In this document: positions 9,189 through 19,500 of the stretch, one piece after another
Layout of the letters: each line of letters opens with the position of its first letter
Position numbering within the stretch: the stretch's first letter is position 1
Assembly: GCA_963715295.1 (NCBI GenBank)
Contig: CAVQRP010000009.1
Coordinates: 13,189-77,188 of the forward strand
Length of the DNA stretch: 64,000 nucleotides
Origin: an uncultured Chloroflexia bacterium
GTDB taxonomy: Bacteria; Chloroflexota; Limnocylindria; Limnocylindrales; CSP1-4
Reading direction: 5' to 3'
Made by a program: the position numbers and the translations under genes
Notes under the pieces: model-generated
Seen by the model: the letters and a program-made list of their open reading frames with translations, nothing else
What the model was told of the DNA's origin: nothing
Databases searched by the model: none

Positions 9189-11405
9189 GTGGCGCGCGCC
9201 ACGGGGACGGCGGACCCGGCAACCCTCGGCCTTCAGACGGCCATCGGGGGGTCCGGCCTGCCGGGTGCGACGGTGCTGCGACGGCATGGTCGGCGCATGC
9301 GTATCGAGACTGTGGGCGACCTGTTGACCACCTTCCCGCGTCGCTACGAGGACCTGCGCGAGTTCACGCCCATCGAGAAGCTTGCCGACCTCGCGCCCGG
9401 AACGCCGGTCACCCTGCGCGCGGCTATCGAGTCCATCCGCGTGGAGCGTACGTTCCGACGTCGCGTCCCGCGCACGACGGCCGTGCTGCGCCAGGGGCAT
9501 CACACCGTCGACGCGGTCTGGTTCGGGCGACGCTACATCGACCGGCAGCTCAAGGAGGGTGACCAGGTCGTGGTGAGCGGCAAGCTCAAGCACTTCCGCT
9601 TCCAGCCACAGATCGATAACCCCGAGTTCCAGCGCGACGATGGCGGCGATCTGCTCCATGCCGGGCGTATCGTGCCCATCTATCGCCTGACCGCGGGTGT
9701 GACAGCCAAGACCCTTCGTACTGCCATCCGCGGCGGGCTCGACGTCTACGGTGAGAGCCTGCAGGAGTACCTGTCGCCGCCGCTCCGTGGCGACCAGCCC
9801 TCGATCCGCGACGCCATCACCGCGGCGCATTTCCCCGATGATTTCGAGCAGCGCGATGCCGCCGTGCGCCGCCTAGCACACGATGAGCTGTTGGCGCTCC
9901 AGATGGGCATGGTGCAGCGTCGCCGGCAGCGTCAGGGCGAGCGTCGGTCGCGCATCGAGGTGGCAGAGACCGACGACGATCGGCTGCGTGCGGCCATCGC
10001 CGCCGGCCTGGCGCGGCGCGTCGGCCGTGAGGTCGAGCTCACGCCGGACCAGGTCAGCGCCATGGACGCCGTCCGCCGCGACCTTGGCCAACGTATTCCC
10101 ATGCTCAGGCTCATCCAGGGTGACGTGGGCTCCGGCAAGACCGCGGTGGCCGCGTACGCGCTGGCGCTGGTCGCAGGAGCCGGCGGCCAGGGCGCGCTCC
10201 TGGCGCCGACGGACCTGCTTGCGCGGCAGCTGGCCGAGACCATCGGAGACCTCCTCAGTGATGCGGCTGTGCCCGTGACGCTGCTGACCGGATCCCTCAG
10301 CGGCCCTGGACGCAAGGCGGCCGGCGAGGCCATCGCGTCAGGACAGGCGCAGGTGGTGGTGGGCACCCACGCCCTGCTCCAGGAATCCGTGTCGTACGCA
10401 CGTCTCGACCTCGTCGTGGTCGACGAGCAGCATCGCTTCGGCGTGTCGCAGCGTGAAGCCCTGGCCGCCAAGGGCGAGGCACCCCACGTGCTGTTGATGA
10501 CGGCAACGCCGATCCCGCGCACCCTGGGCCAGGTGCTCTACGCCGATCTGGACGTCTCCGACCTCCGCACCGCCCCAGCTGGGCGACCGCGCATCATCAC
10601 CGGCGTCAAGGCCCCCGATGACCTGGCCGGCACCTGGCGCCAGGTCGAGAAGGAGGCCGCCGCCGGGCACCGCGTCTTCGTCGTCGTGCCTCACATCGAC
10701 CCGCAGGGCGGCGAGGACATGGCAGAGGCTGTCGAGGTGCCAGCCTCGCTGCCGGCGATCGACGGTCACGCCGAGGCGCGTGGTGCGGAAGAGGTGCTCG
10801 AGCGCCTCCGGTCGCAGCTGCCAGCCTTGCGCATCGGCATCGTTCACGGCCGCATGCGGGCCGATGATCGCGACGCCGAGATGGCGAGGTTCCGCGACGG
10901 CGGCCTGGACGTGCTCGTCGGCACCACCGTCGTCGAGGTCGGTGTGGACGTGCCGGAGGCGACCATGATGGTCGTGCTCGAGGCTGATCGCTTCGGGCTT
11001 TCGCAGCTGCACCAGCTGCGCGGTCGCGTGGGGCGTGGCACGAGCGCCTCGTACTGTGTGCTGGTGGCCGATATCAGCGAGGACACCGTGGCCCGTGCTC
11101 GCCTGAAGGCCATCCACGACTCCGATGACGGCTTCGTGTTGGCCGAGCAGGACTGGCGCCTGCGCGGTGAGGGCGACGTCCTCGGACTGAGCCAAAGTGG
11201 CCTGCCCCGCATGCGCCTGGCGCGCCTGGCCGACGAGGCTGACCAGCAGCTGGCGGTGCGCTGTCGCGCCAAGGCGGAGGCCATGCTCGATGCCCATGGA
11301 GGGCTGCTACCGGAGCACGACGCCTTCGCGGAGGTCTTGGAGCAGGGCTGGCTGGCCGATATCGCCGCCGGCGAGGGCGCGTCCGAGGAGGGCGTGGGTG
11401 CCTGA
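9189..11405 (+). CDS. recG: ATP-dependent DNA helicase RecG
   Basis: QGDVGSGKT, DEQHRFG, MTATPIPRT, QLHQLRGRVGR. Confidence 0.97.
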   Translation: MARATGTADPATLGLQTAIGGSGLPGATVLRRHGRRMRIETVGDLLTTFPRRYEDLREFTPIEKLADLAPGTPVTLRAAIESIRVERTFRRRVPRTTAVLRQGHHTVDAVWFGRRYIDRQLKEGDQVVVSGKLKHFRFQPQIDNPEFQRDDGGDLLHAGRIVPIYRLTAGVTAKTLRTAIRGGLDVYGESLQEYLSPPLRGDQPSIRDAITAAHFPDDFEQRDAAVRRLAHDELLALQMGMVQRRRQRQGERRSRIEVAETDDDRLRAAIAAGLARRVGREVELTPDQVSAMDAVRRDLGQRIPMLRLIQGDVGSGKTAVAAYALALVAGAGGQGALLAPTDLLARQLAETIGDLLSDAAVPVTLLTGSLSGPGRKAAGEAIASGQAQVVVGTHALLQESVSYARLDLVVVDEQHRFGVSQREALAAKGEAPHVLLMTATPIPRTLGQVLYADLDVSDLRTAPAGRPRIITGVKAPDDLAGTWRQVEKEAAAGHRVFVVVPHIDPQGGEDMAEAVEVPASLPAIDGHAEARGAEEVLERLRSQLPALRIGIVHGRMRADDRDAEMARFRDGGLDVLVGTTVVEVGVDVPEATMMVVLEADRFGLSQLHQLRGRVGRGTSASYCVLVADISEDTVARARLKAIHDSDDGFVLAEQDWRLRGEGDVLGLSQSGLPRMRLARLADEADQQLAVRCRAKAEAMLDAHGGLLPEHDAFAEVLEQGWLADIAAGEGASEEGVGA

Positions 11406-11982
11406 GGCGGGACGTGTCGTGACCGGCAGCGCTGGTGGCCTGCGACTGCAGGCGCCCGGTACCGGCACCCGCCCCTTGAGCGACAAGGCCAAGCAAGCGC
11501 TCTTCTCCATGCTCGAAGCGGAGTCCGAGGGCATCTGGGAGCGCCCCATGTTGGACCTGTTCGCGGGCTCCGGTGCAGCCGGCATCGAGGCGCTCAGCCG
11601 CGGCGCCCCGGTGGCGGTCTTCGTGGAGAAGGACGCGCGTGCCGTGGGCGTCATCGAGCGCAACCTCCAACACACCCGCCTCGTGGCCGGTGCGCGCGTG
11701 GTCCGCCGCGACGCGCTGGCCTTCCTGGCCTCGGCGGCCGCAGTGCCGGAGGCGCCCTTCGGGAGCGTCGTGCTCGACCCGCCCTACGCACAGGTGGCGG
11801 ATCTGCTGACCGCGCTGGCGCATCTTGGTCGCCACGGCAGTGGCTGGCTCGACGGCGCTGCGGTCGTGGTCGCCAAGCACTTCTGGCGGGATGCGCCGCC
11901 CGATCGCTGCGACGGATTGGTGCGCGTTCGTCAACGCCGCTTCGGCGAGACCGCGCTCAGCGTGTATCGTCAGGGACCTTGA
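11398..11982 (+). CDS. rsmD: 16S rRNA m2G966 methyltransferase RsmD
   Basis: TRPLSDKAKQALF, LDLFAGSGAAGIEALSRG, DPPY; GTG start overlaps the recG end. Confidence 0.92.
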   Translation: MPEAGRVVTGSAGGLRLQAPGTGTRPLSDKAKQALFSMLEAESEGIWERPMLDLFAGSGAAGIEALSRGAPVAVFVEKDARAVGVIERNLQHTRLVAGARVVRRDALAFLASAAAVPEAPFGSVVLDPPYAQVADLLTALAHLGRHGSGWLDGAAVVVAKHFWRDAPPDRCDGLVRVRQRRFGETALSVYRQGP

Positions 11983-12003
11983 GATCGCTGCTGGAGAAGG
12001 CTG

Positions 12004-12558
12004 ATGCGCCTGGCCGTCTACCCCGGGTCGTTCGACCCCATCACGCTCGGCCACATCGACGTCATCGCCCGTGCCCGCGTCGTCTTCGACCGCCTGGTGG
12101 TGGCCGTCCTCATCAACACGCGCAAGACTCCCAGCCTGGACGTGGCCGCACGTGCGGCCATGATCGGTGAGGCCATCGCCGAAGAGCTGGGAGTAGAGGC
12201 CGCCGGCCAGATCGAGGTCATCACCTTCGAGGGCCTGACGGTCGACCTCGCGCGCGAGCGCGGGGCGACCTCCATCGTGCGTGGCCTGCGCGCGCTGTCC
12301 GACTTCGAGAACGAGCAGGCCATCGCACACCTCAACCACAAGCTGGCCCCGGAGATCGACACGGTCTTCTTCATGACCAGCATCGAGCACGCCTACCTGA
12401 GCTCCAGCCTGGTGCGCGAGATCGCCGCCTTCGGCGGTGACGTCAGCGCCATGGTCCCGCGCAATGTCGCCCGCCGGCTGGCCGCCGACGCCGCCAGCCA
12501 GTCGGCGCGACCGGCAGCCGGCGCCCCGCTCGACGGGTCCGCTAGAGTAGAGAGGTAG
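12004..12558 (+). CDS. coaD: Phosphopantetheine adenylyltransferase
   Basis: AVYPGSFDPITLGHID, VRGLRALSDFE, SSSLVREIA. Confidence 0.97.
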   Translation: MRLAVYPGSFDPITLGHIDVIARARVVFDRLVVAVLINTRKTPSLDVAARAAMIGEAIAEELGVEAAGQIEVITFEGLTVDLARERGATSIVRGLRALSDFENEQAIAHLNHKLAPEIDTVFFMTSIEHAYLSSSLVREIAAFGGDVSAMVPRNVARRLAADAASQSARPAAGAPLDGSARVER

Positions 12559-12613
12559 GGGAGTTGGGCTACAATCCCCAGTCGTCCTTCCCTGTCCAGC
12601 AGGAGTCCGCGCC

Positions 12614-13132
12614 ATAGACCTCATGTTCCTCATCGAGCGGCTCGATGCTCTCATCGAGCAGGGCCGCCGATTCCCCGGCACCAACGCCGTGATGGTCGAC
12701 AAGGTGGCTGCCACCGATCTCATCGAGCAGCTGCGTGTGGCCGTGCCCGAAGAGGTCCGCCAGGCCAAGCGCATCAACGAGGAGTCGTCACGACTGGTCG
12801 AGCGCGCCCAGGACGAGGCCGAGCGCATCATCGCGCGAGCTCAGGAGCAGGCGGCGTTCCTGATCGAGGAGCGGGAGCTGACGCGCGCCGCCGAGCAGCG
12901 CTCAGAGGAGATCATCGAAGAGGCCAGGGGTGAGGCGCAGGAGATCCAGCAGGGCGCTGATGCCTACGCGGCCAACGTCCTCGTCAAGCTCGAGGGCGAA
13001 GTCGTCAAGGCCCTGCAGTCGATCCGCCGTGGCCTCTCCGCGCTGGACGAGCGCTATCCCGCCGACGGCAGTGACCCGGCCCAAGCCGAGGCCGAGTCCG
13101 CGACCGACGAGCGGACGCATGCTCAGCTTTAA
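12614..13132 (+). CDS. Conserved coiled-coil protein (ATP synthase subunit b-like/DivIVA-like family typically found between coaD and yceD)
   Basis: Helical heptad pattern (IDLMFLIERLDALIEQGRRFP…LRVAVPEEVRQA…GADAYA). SD AGGAG at 12601-12605 is spaced for ATA 12614; the first ATG is 12623. TACAAT at 12570-12575. Confidence 0.75.
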   Translation: MDLMFLIERLDALIEQGRRFPGTNAVMVDKVAATDLIEQLRVAVPEEVRQAKRINEESSRLVERAQDEAERIIARAQEQAAFLIEERELTRAAEQRSEEIIEEARGEAQEIQQGADAYAANVLVKLEGEVVKALQSIRRGLSALDERYPADGSDPAQAEAESATDERTHAQL

Positions 13133-13652
13133 CGTCGCCGACCTGCTGCGTTCCACGCCGGGCACGAGCGAGCGCCACGCCATCGACGTGGCAGCGCTCG
13201 CCATCGCGCCAGGGGTGGAGCTGGCCGCGCCCATCCACGGCCGGGTCCGGTTGACCCACTCGGGCCGTAGCATCCTCGTGCAGGGCCATCTCGAGACGGC
13301 GCTGGCCGAGGGTTGCTCGCGCTGTCTGCGCCCGGCCCTGGCCCCGTTGTCCATCGACCTCGAAGAGGAGGCCCTGCCCTCCGTCGACGTCGACAGCGGT
13401 GTGCCCCTCGACAGTCAGGCGGAACCCGGACTCCTGCGTATCTCCGAGCACCACGAGCTCGATCTCGAGCCGGCCATCCGCGACGCCATCTCGCTGGCTG
13501 AGCCGATCGCACCGCTGTGCCGGCCCGATTGCCCGGGCCTGTGCGAGACCTGCGGTCTTGACCTGTCCGACCACGTGGGGCACACGCACCCCGTTGACGA
13601 CATCGATCCACGTCTGGCCAGTTTGGCCGGTCTGCGCGACCAGCTGCGCTAG
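13119..13652 (+). CDS. yceD: YceD/DUF177 23S rRNA accumulation protein
   Basis: MLSFNVADLL, CSRCL, PLCRPDCPGLCETCG, IDPRLASL; immediately upstream of rpmF. Confidence 0.92.
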   Translation: MLSFNVADLLRSTPGTSERHAIDVAALAIAPGVELAAPIHGRVRLTHSGRSILVQGHLETALAEGCSRCLRPALAPLSIDLEEEALPSVDVDSGVPLDSQAEPGLLRISEHHELDLEPAIRDAISLAEPIAPLCRPDCPGLCETCGLDLSDHVGHTHPVDDIDPRLASLAGLRDQLR

Positions 13653-13688
13653 TCCACCCTGCGGCACTAGAAGGAGTAGAGGTATCCC

Positions 13689-13892
13689 ATGGGAGTCCCC
13701 AAGCGACGTGTCTCGAGCACTCGCAAGCGCGAACGACGCTCGCACCACGCGCTCTCGGTCCCGAGCCTGGAGGCGTGCTCGCATTGCCACCAGCCCAAGC
13801 GCCCGCACCACGCTTGCCCCAACTGCGGCTGGTACGGCGGTCGCGAGGCGGTGAAGATCCGCGAGAAGAAGTCCCCCGAGCAGAGCGCCTGA
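13689..13892 (+). CDS. rpmF: 50S ribosomal protein L32
   Basis: MGVPKRRVS…RRSHHAL…CSHC…[10 protein letters not shown]; AAGGAG RBS. Confidence 0.97.
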   Translation: MGVPKRRVSSTRKRERRSHHALSVPSLEACSHCHQPKRPHHACPNCGWYGGREAVKIREKKSPEQSA

Positions 13893-13928
13893 GCCTGACC
13901 GCGCAGCACACCGACGAGTCCGCCTGAC

Positions 13929-15059
13929 GTGGATCTCGAAGCCCTCAATCGCAGCCGCAGGGACGGCCAGCTCGATCGTCCTCGAGTGGCTGTCGACGCC
14001 ATGGGCGGCGACCACGCCCCTGAGGAGGTCGTGCGGGGTGCCGTCGACTGGGCCAGGTCGCACGACGACGTGGAGGTCATCCTCGTCGGCGACGAGGCCC
14101 GCATCAGACCCTTCATCGACGAGCCCCTGCCGGGCCATGTCCGCATCGTGCCGGCCTCCCAGCTGGTGGAGATGGGCGAGGCCCCCGCAGTTGCGGTGCG
14201 CCGCAAGCGCGATGCCAGCATCAACGTGGCCATGCGCCTGGTCCGCGACGGGGATGCCGATGCCGTCGTCACCGCCGGCCATACCGGTGCCGGTGTCGCG
14301 AGCGCCATCCTCAACCTGAAGCGCCTGCCCGGCGTGGACCGGCCGGCGCTGGCGGTGCAGATGATCACCGAGACCGGGCCCCTGATGCTGCTCGATATCG
14401 GCGCCACGACCAATTCGACCGGCATCAACCTGGCGCAGTACGCCCACATGGGCTCGCTCTTCAGCGAGCGCGTGCTGGGTGTCACCAACCCGACCGTGGC
14501 GCTGCTCTCGATCGGCGGCGAGGAGGGCAAGGGTGAGTCGCGCGTGCAGGACGCGACGGCCTTGCTCAAGGACGGCCACCTCAACTTCATCGGCAACGTG
14601 GAAGGCCGCGACGTCCCGCATCACCCTGCCGACGTGGTCGTCTGCGACGCATCGGTGGGCAACGTCGTGATGAAGTTCTTCGAGGGCCTCTCCACGGTCA
14701 TCTTCGACATGCTCAGGAAGGAGTTCAGGCGCCCGCCCTGGGGACCGCTGGGCTATCTCTTCATGCGCCCCGGGATCAAGCGCATCCGCGGTCGCTTCGA
14801 CTACGAGAAGCTGGGGGGTTCGCCTCTGCTGGGCGTCAACGGCACCGTCCTCATCACGCACGGCAGTGCCAAGCGGCGCATGATCGGCTATGCGGTCGAG
14901 GTGACCGCGGCTGCCGCGCGCGCCAACATCCCCGAGCGCATCATGGTCACGTTGGCCTCGGAAGGGGTGGACAAGTCGTCGGCCCAGAAAAAGGCCGCGG
15001 CCCTGCGCCCCGGCGAAGCCGACGCGCCTCCGCTCGACCGGGCGGACGAGAGTGCCTGA
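13929..15059 (+). CDS. plsX: Phosphate acyltransferase PlsX
   Basis: VAVDAMGGDHAP, GVDRPALA, FIGNVEG, YEKLGGSPLLGVNG, ITHGS. Confidence 0.95.
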   Translation: MDLEALNRSRRDGQLDRPRVAVDAMGGDHAPEEVVRGAVDWARSHDDVEVILVGDEARIRPFIDEPLPGHVRIVPASQLVEMGEAPAVAVRRKRDASINVAMRLVRDGDADAVVTAGHTGAGVASAILNLKRLPGVDRPALAVQMITETGPLMLLDIGATTNSTGINLAQYAHMGSLFSERVLGVTNPTVALLSIGGEEGKGESRVQDATALLKDGHLNFIGNVEGRDVPHHPADVVVCDASVGNVVMKFFEGLSTVIFDMLRKEFRRPPWGPLGYLFMRPGIKRIRGRFDYEKLGGSPLLGVNGTVLITHGSAKRRMIGYAVEVTAAAARANIPERIMVTLASEGVDKSSAQKKAAALRPGEADAPPLDRADESA

Positions 15060-15597
15060 GGCCTCCCCGGCCCAGCCATCACGCGTGGTCGGGAGCGTCC
15101 ACGAGCCCGAACGCGAAGGTCGCCAGCTCGCGCTGGCCGCAGTCTTCGAGGCGGAGTTCGGTCAGCGCACCGCTCGCTCAGCACTCTCCCGCCGGCTGGG
15201 AGAGGGCGACATCGGCGACCGCGCCGCGGCGCACGCCCAGCGCATCGTGGAGGCGGTGGTGGTACACCGCGACAGCATCGATGCCCGCATCGAGGACGTT
15301 GCCCCCACCTACCCCGTCGTCCAGCTCGCTCGCATCGATCGCGCATTGCTGCGTTGCGGCATGGGTGAACTGCTACACTGCCCGACGACGCCAGCCCGGG
15401 TCGCGATATCGGAGTGGGTCGAGCTCGCTCGGTCCTACAGCGGAGAGCCCACCCGGCGGCTCATGAACGGCGCTCTGGGACGTGTCGCCAGAGAGGCGGT
15501 GCCGAACGAGGGGACCGAAGGGCCCGCAGGGACCAGCGGTTCGGGGAGCGTGACCGAAAGAGTGACCACAGCCCATACGGAGGGACCAGCAGAGTGA
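15052..15597 (+). CDS. nusB: Transcription antitermination factor NusB
   Basis: R[12 protein letters not shown], [36 protein letters not shown]. Confidence 0.88.
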   Translation: MPEASPAQPSRVVGSVHEPEREGRQLALAAVFEAEFGQRTARSALSRRLGEGDIGDRAAAHAQRIVEAVVVHRDSIDARIEDVAPTYPVVQLARIDRALLRCGMGELLHCPTTPARVAISEWVELARSYSGEPTRRLMNGALGRVAREAVPNEGTEGPAGTSGSGSVTERVTTAHTEGPAE

Positions 15598-15836
15598 CCG
15601 CTTCGACCTACGAGCGACTCAAGAAGATCGTCGTCGAGCAGCTCGGTGTGGACGAGGCCGAAGTCAAGCCCGAGTCTTCGTTCGTGGATGACCTGAACGC
15701 CGACTCCCTTGACCTCGTCGAGCTCGTGATGAGCCTCGAGGAGGAGTTCGGTACCGAGATCTCGGACGAGGATGCGGAGCGGATCCGCACCGTCCAGGAC
15801 GCCACCGACTATATCGACGAGCACCTCAACCAGTAA
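15594..15836 (+). CDS. acpP: Acyl carrier protein
   Basis: [24 protein letters not shown] (phosphopantetheine Ser motif); GTG start overlaps the nusB stop. Confidence 0.97.
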   Translation: MTASTYERLKKIVVEQLGVDEAEVKPESSFVDDLNADSLDLVELVMSLEEEFGTEISDEDAERIRTVQDATDYIDEHLNQ

Positions 15837-15852
15837 TCGTCGACCGGGGTCG

Positions 15853-16572
15853 ATGCCCACGAGCAACGGCGATCTGGCCGACCGCCTCGGCCTCGTCTTC
15901 GACGACCCCGCGCTCCTGACCGAAGCGCTGGTTCACAGCAGCTATGTGAACGAGCACCCCGAGGGCGCGACCGAGTCCAACGAGCGGCTCGAGTTCCTCG
16001 GAGACGCGGTCCTGTCCCTGGTGATGTCGGAAGCGCTGTTCAAGCGCCATCGAGACGAACCGGAGGGCGTCCTCACGACCCGCCGCGCCGCCATCGTGTC
16101 CACACGTGGCCTGGCGCGCATCGCTCGCCGCCTCGAGATCGGTGACGCCCTCGTGCTCGGTCAGGGCGCCGACAACTCGGGGGAGCGTGGCCGTCCGTCG
16201 GTGCTGGCGGGCCTCTTCGAATCGATCGTTGCTGCCATCTACCTCGACCAGGGGCTGGAGGCGGCCAAGCGGTTCATCCTCGGTGCGGCTGCCCCGGAGC
16301 TTGAGGCGGCGCTGCCCGCCGACGTGCTGAAGGCACCCAAGAGCCGCCTCCAGGAGCGCGCCTTCTCCGCCAGTGGTCGCGCCCCTGCCTACCGCATCGT
16401 CAGTAGCGACGGCCCCGACCACGATCGCCACTTCGTGGTGGAGGTCGCCGTCGACGGCGAGGTCTGTGGCGTGGGCGAGGGGCGCAGCCGGCGTGAGGCT
16501 GAGACACGCGCGGCGGAGTCGGCCCTCAAGCGACTCGATGAGCCGTCCGCCACGGCCGCTCCGAGCCGATGA
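15853..16572 (+). CDS. rnc: Ribonuclease III
   Basis: NERLEFLGDAVL signature and C-terminal dsRBD (KSRLQE, GPDH, GEGRSRREAE). Confidence 0.97.
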   Translation: MPTSNGDLADRLGLVFDDPALLTEALVHSSYVNEHPEGATESNERLEFLGDAVLSLVMSEALFKRHRDEPEGVLTTRRAAIVSTRGLARIARRLEIGDALVLGQGADNSGERGRPSVLAGLFESIVAAIYLDQGLEAAKRFILGAAAPELEAALPADVLKAPKSRLQERAFSASGRAPAYRIVSSDGPDHDRHFVVEVAVDGEVCGVGEGRSRREAETRAAESALKRLDEPSATAAPSR

Positions 16573-19500
16573 GCCTGGCGCGTCTGCGCGAGCTGCGCAT
16601 GGTCGGCTTCAAGTCCTTCGCCGAGCGCACCGTGGTCGAGTTCGGTCCCGGTATCTCCGCCATCGTCGGTCCCAACGGCAGCGGCAAGTCCAACCTCGCC
16701 GATGCACTGCGCTGGGCCCTGGGCGAACAGGGCCGGGCACTCCGCAGCCGCCGCGCTGAAGACCTCATCTTCGCCGGCAGTGCCAACCGCCGAGCCGTGG
16801 GCATGGCCGACGTCAGTCTCGTCATCGACAACGAGGACCGGCTGCTCTCGGTCGATTTCGGTGAGGTAGAGCTCTCGCGGCGCCTCTTTCGCTCGGGCGA
16901 GAACGAGTACCTGCTGAACCGCCAGCGCATCCGGTTGCGCGACCTCGTCGAGCTGCTCGACGATGCCAACATCGCCGACAACGCCTTCCTCTTCATCGGC
17001 CAGGGCATGGTCGACCAGGCCCTGGCGCTTCGTCCGGAAGAGCGCCGGCCACTCTTCGAGGAGGCTGCCGGCATCCGCAAGCACCAGCGTCGGCGCAAGA
17101 AGGCCGAGACGGAGCTGGCCGAGGCCGAGTCCAACCTCGAGCGAGTCCGCGATGTGCTGGCCGAGCTACGCCCACAGGCCCGCCGATTGGCCGCTCAGGC
17201 CGAGCAGCAGGAAGCGCGCATGGTCGCCGGCGCGGAGCTGGCCGAGGCACTCGTCGCCGGTGCCCGCGCGAGGCTCGCTGCGGCTGAGACCGAGTCGCGA
17301 CGCCATGCCGAGTCGCTCGCCGCCTCGCGCCGGGATGCCGATGCTGCCCTGGCCGCGCTGCGCGAGGCCGAGGAGAAGGCAGCTGCGCTGACGCGTGCGC
17401 TGTCCGAGCGCGCCGATGCCGAGCAGCAGCTGCGCGAGCGACTCGACGAAGCGCGGGCGGCAGTCCAGCGCATCGAGCTGGCCCGCACCCGCACGGCCAG
17501 CGAGTCGGCGGCCCTCGTGCGCGAGCGCCAGCGCCTGGCCGAGGAACGCGCAGCCGCCACCGCGCGCGCCGAGGAATCACGACGCCGGATGGCAGCGGTG
17601 TTGCCGGAGCCGGATCGTGGCGCGGAGGACGCGCTCGAGGGGGCCGAGCAGCGCCTCACCCAGGCTACGCGCGACGCCGAGGAGCTGCGCCAGGCAGGTC
17701 GCGCCGACGCCGAACGCGTTGCCTCCGCCCGGGCCACCCGCCAGCGATTGGCGGCCGACGCCGAACGCGCCGCCCGTCGGGCGGCCGAGGGTGAGCGCCG
17801 GCTGCAAACGCAGGAGGAGCAGGTCGCAGCTGCCATCGAACGCGCCGCCGTCACGTCGGAGCGGGCCGAGGTCGCCGCCACCACCCGCGCACGGGCACAC
17901 GCGGCCGAGGAAGCGGCCGAGCAGGCGGCAGCTGCGGCGCGGGTGGCCGCCAACGAAGCTGATGCGGAGGCGTCCACGGCCAACGAAGCGCTGAGCCGCC
18001 TGCGTGCCGAGCAGGAGGGGCTGAGCGCACGCCGCGAGGCTCTCGACCAGCAGCTCGACAACGGGCCCGATGCTGCGGTGCTGCGCTCGGTCCGCGCACG
18101 CGGTGGTCGCCGTTTCACCGACGGCCTGGAGGTCGAGCCGGAGCTGCGGCTGGCGGTGGAGGCTGCCCTGGGCGAGGTCCTGGCCGGCCTGGTCCTTGAC
18201 CCCGACGATGCCCGCGCCCTCGCCGATGCTGCGGCGGTGCTGGTGCTGCGCGATGGTGGCGATGGCCGTAGCCGCGCCGGCGACCGCGCCGCGGTGCGGC
18301 TCGAGGAAGGTGTCAGCCAGGTCGGCGGCGGAGCGCTCTCGGGGGCCTTGCGCCTCGATCCCGACGCCCACGCCGCGCGCCTGCTGTCGCGCTGCGCGTG
18401 GGTGCCGGCACTCGACGACGCGCTCACGCTGCGCGAGCTCCTGCCGCCCGGTTGGCGCCTGGTGACCCGGGAGGGCGTGGTGGTCGATGACCTGGGCGTC
18501 ATCCGTCCCGCGCCCGGCGTGTCGACGCTGGAGCGCCGCGCGCTGCGCGAAGAGCTGCTCCGGCGGATCGAGGCCGCCGCCTCCGAGCTGGAGGCGGCGA
18601 CCGCCCACGCCGCGCGCGCACAGCAAGCCCGTTCGTCGGCGGACGCCACTGTTCACGCCGCGCGCGAGGCGCTCGACACGGCGCGCCGTGAGCGCCGCGT
18701 CGCCGACGAGGCCGACCGCTCTGCTGCATCAGCCGCCGAGAACGCGGCCCGCGAGCTGGCCTGGCAGGAGGCGCTGCTGGAACGCGCCCGCACCGAAGTG
18801 GCGACCGCGGCCGCCGAAGCTGGCCAACGCAACGCCGAGCTGAAGGACCTCGACGATAGCCAGGTCGGTGAGTCGGCCAGCCCCGAAGCGCGCAGCGCGT
18901 TGGAGGCGCTCGCAGCGCGCGTGGCGGTCCTGCGCCGGGAGCGCGATGCCGCTGCTACCGTCGCCGGGGAGGCTCGCGCCGCCCGCGATCGCGCCCTGGA
19001 GGACCGTCGCCGCGCCGAGGTTGGCCTCGGCCTCGCCGTGGCGCGCGTCGAGGAGCTCGATGGCGAGGAGGTGGCGTTCTCCGGCCGCGATGCCGATCTC
19101 GTCGCCGAGCGTGAACGGCTGGCCACTGCGCTTGCTTCGGCACAAGCCACGCAGAAGCGTGAAAGTGCGCTCTTCGAGGCCTCCGTGGTGTCGGCGCGCG
19201 AGGAGCGCAACGATCTGCTGGCGGTGGAGTCCGCAGCCGCTGGCGCTCGCGAGCGACTCCGCGTCGCCGAAGGCCGCAGCCGCCAGAGCGAGGTGGCGGA
19301 GATGGAGGCGCGCCTGCAAGTGGACGCGGCCCGCGAAGGTCTGTTGGTCGAGCTGGCCTCGATCGGCGATGACGGTCTGCAGATGCTGCTGGCACAAAGC
19401 GGACAGCCCGAGCCGGACGGGGCACACTCCGGCGACGAGCTCCCCGAGCTGCTCGAAGCAGCTCTCGACGCAGCGCTCGAGGCCTGGCGCGAGGACAGCA

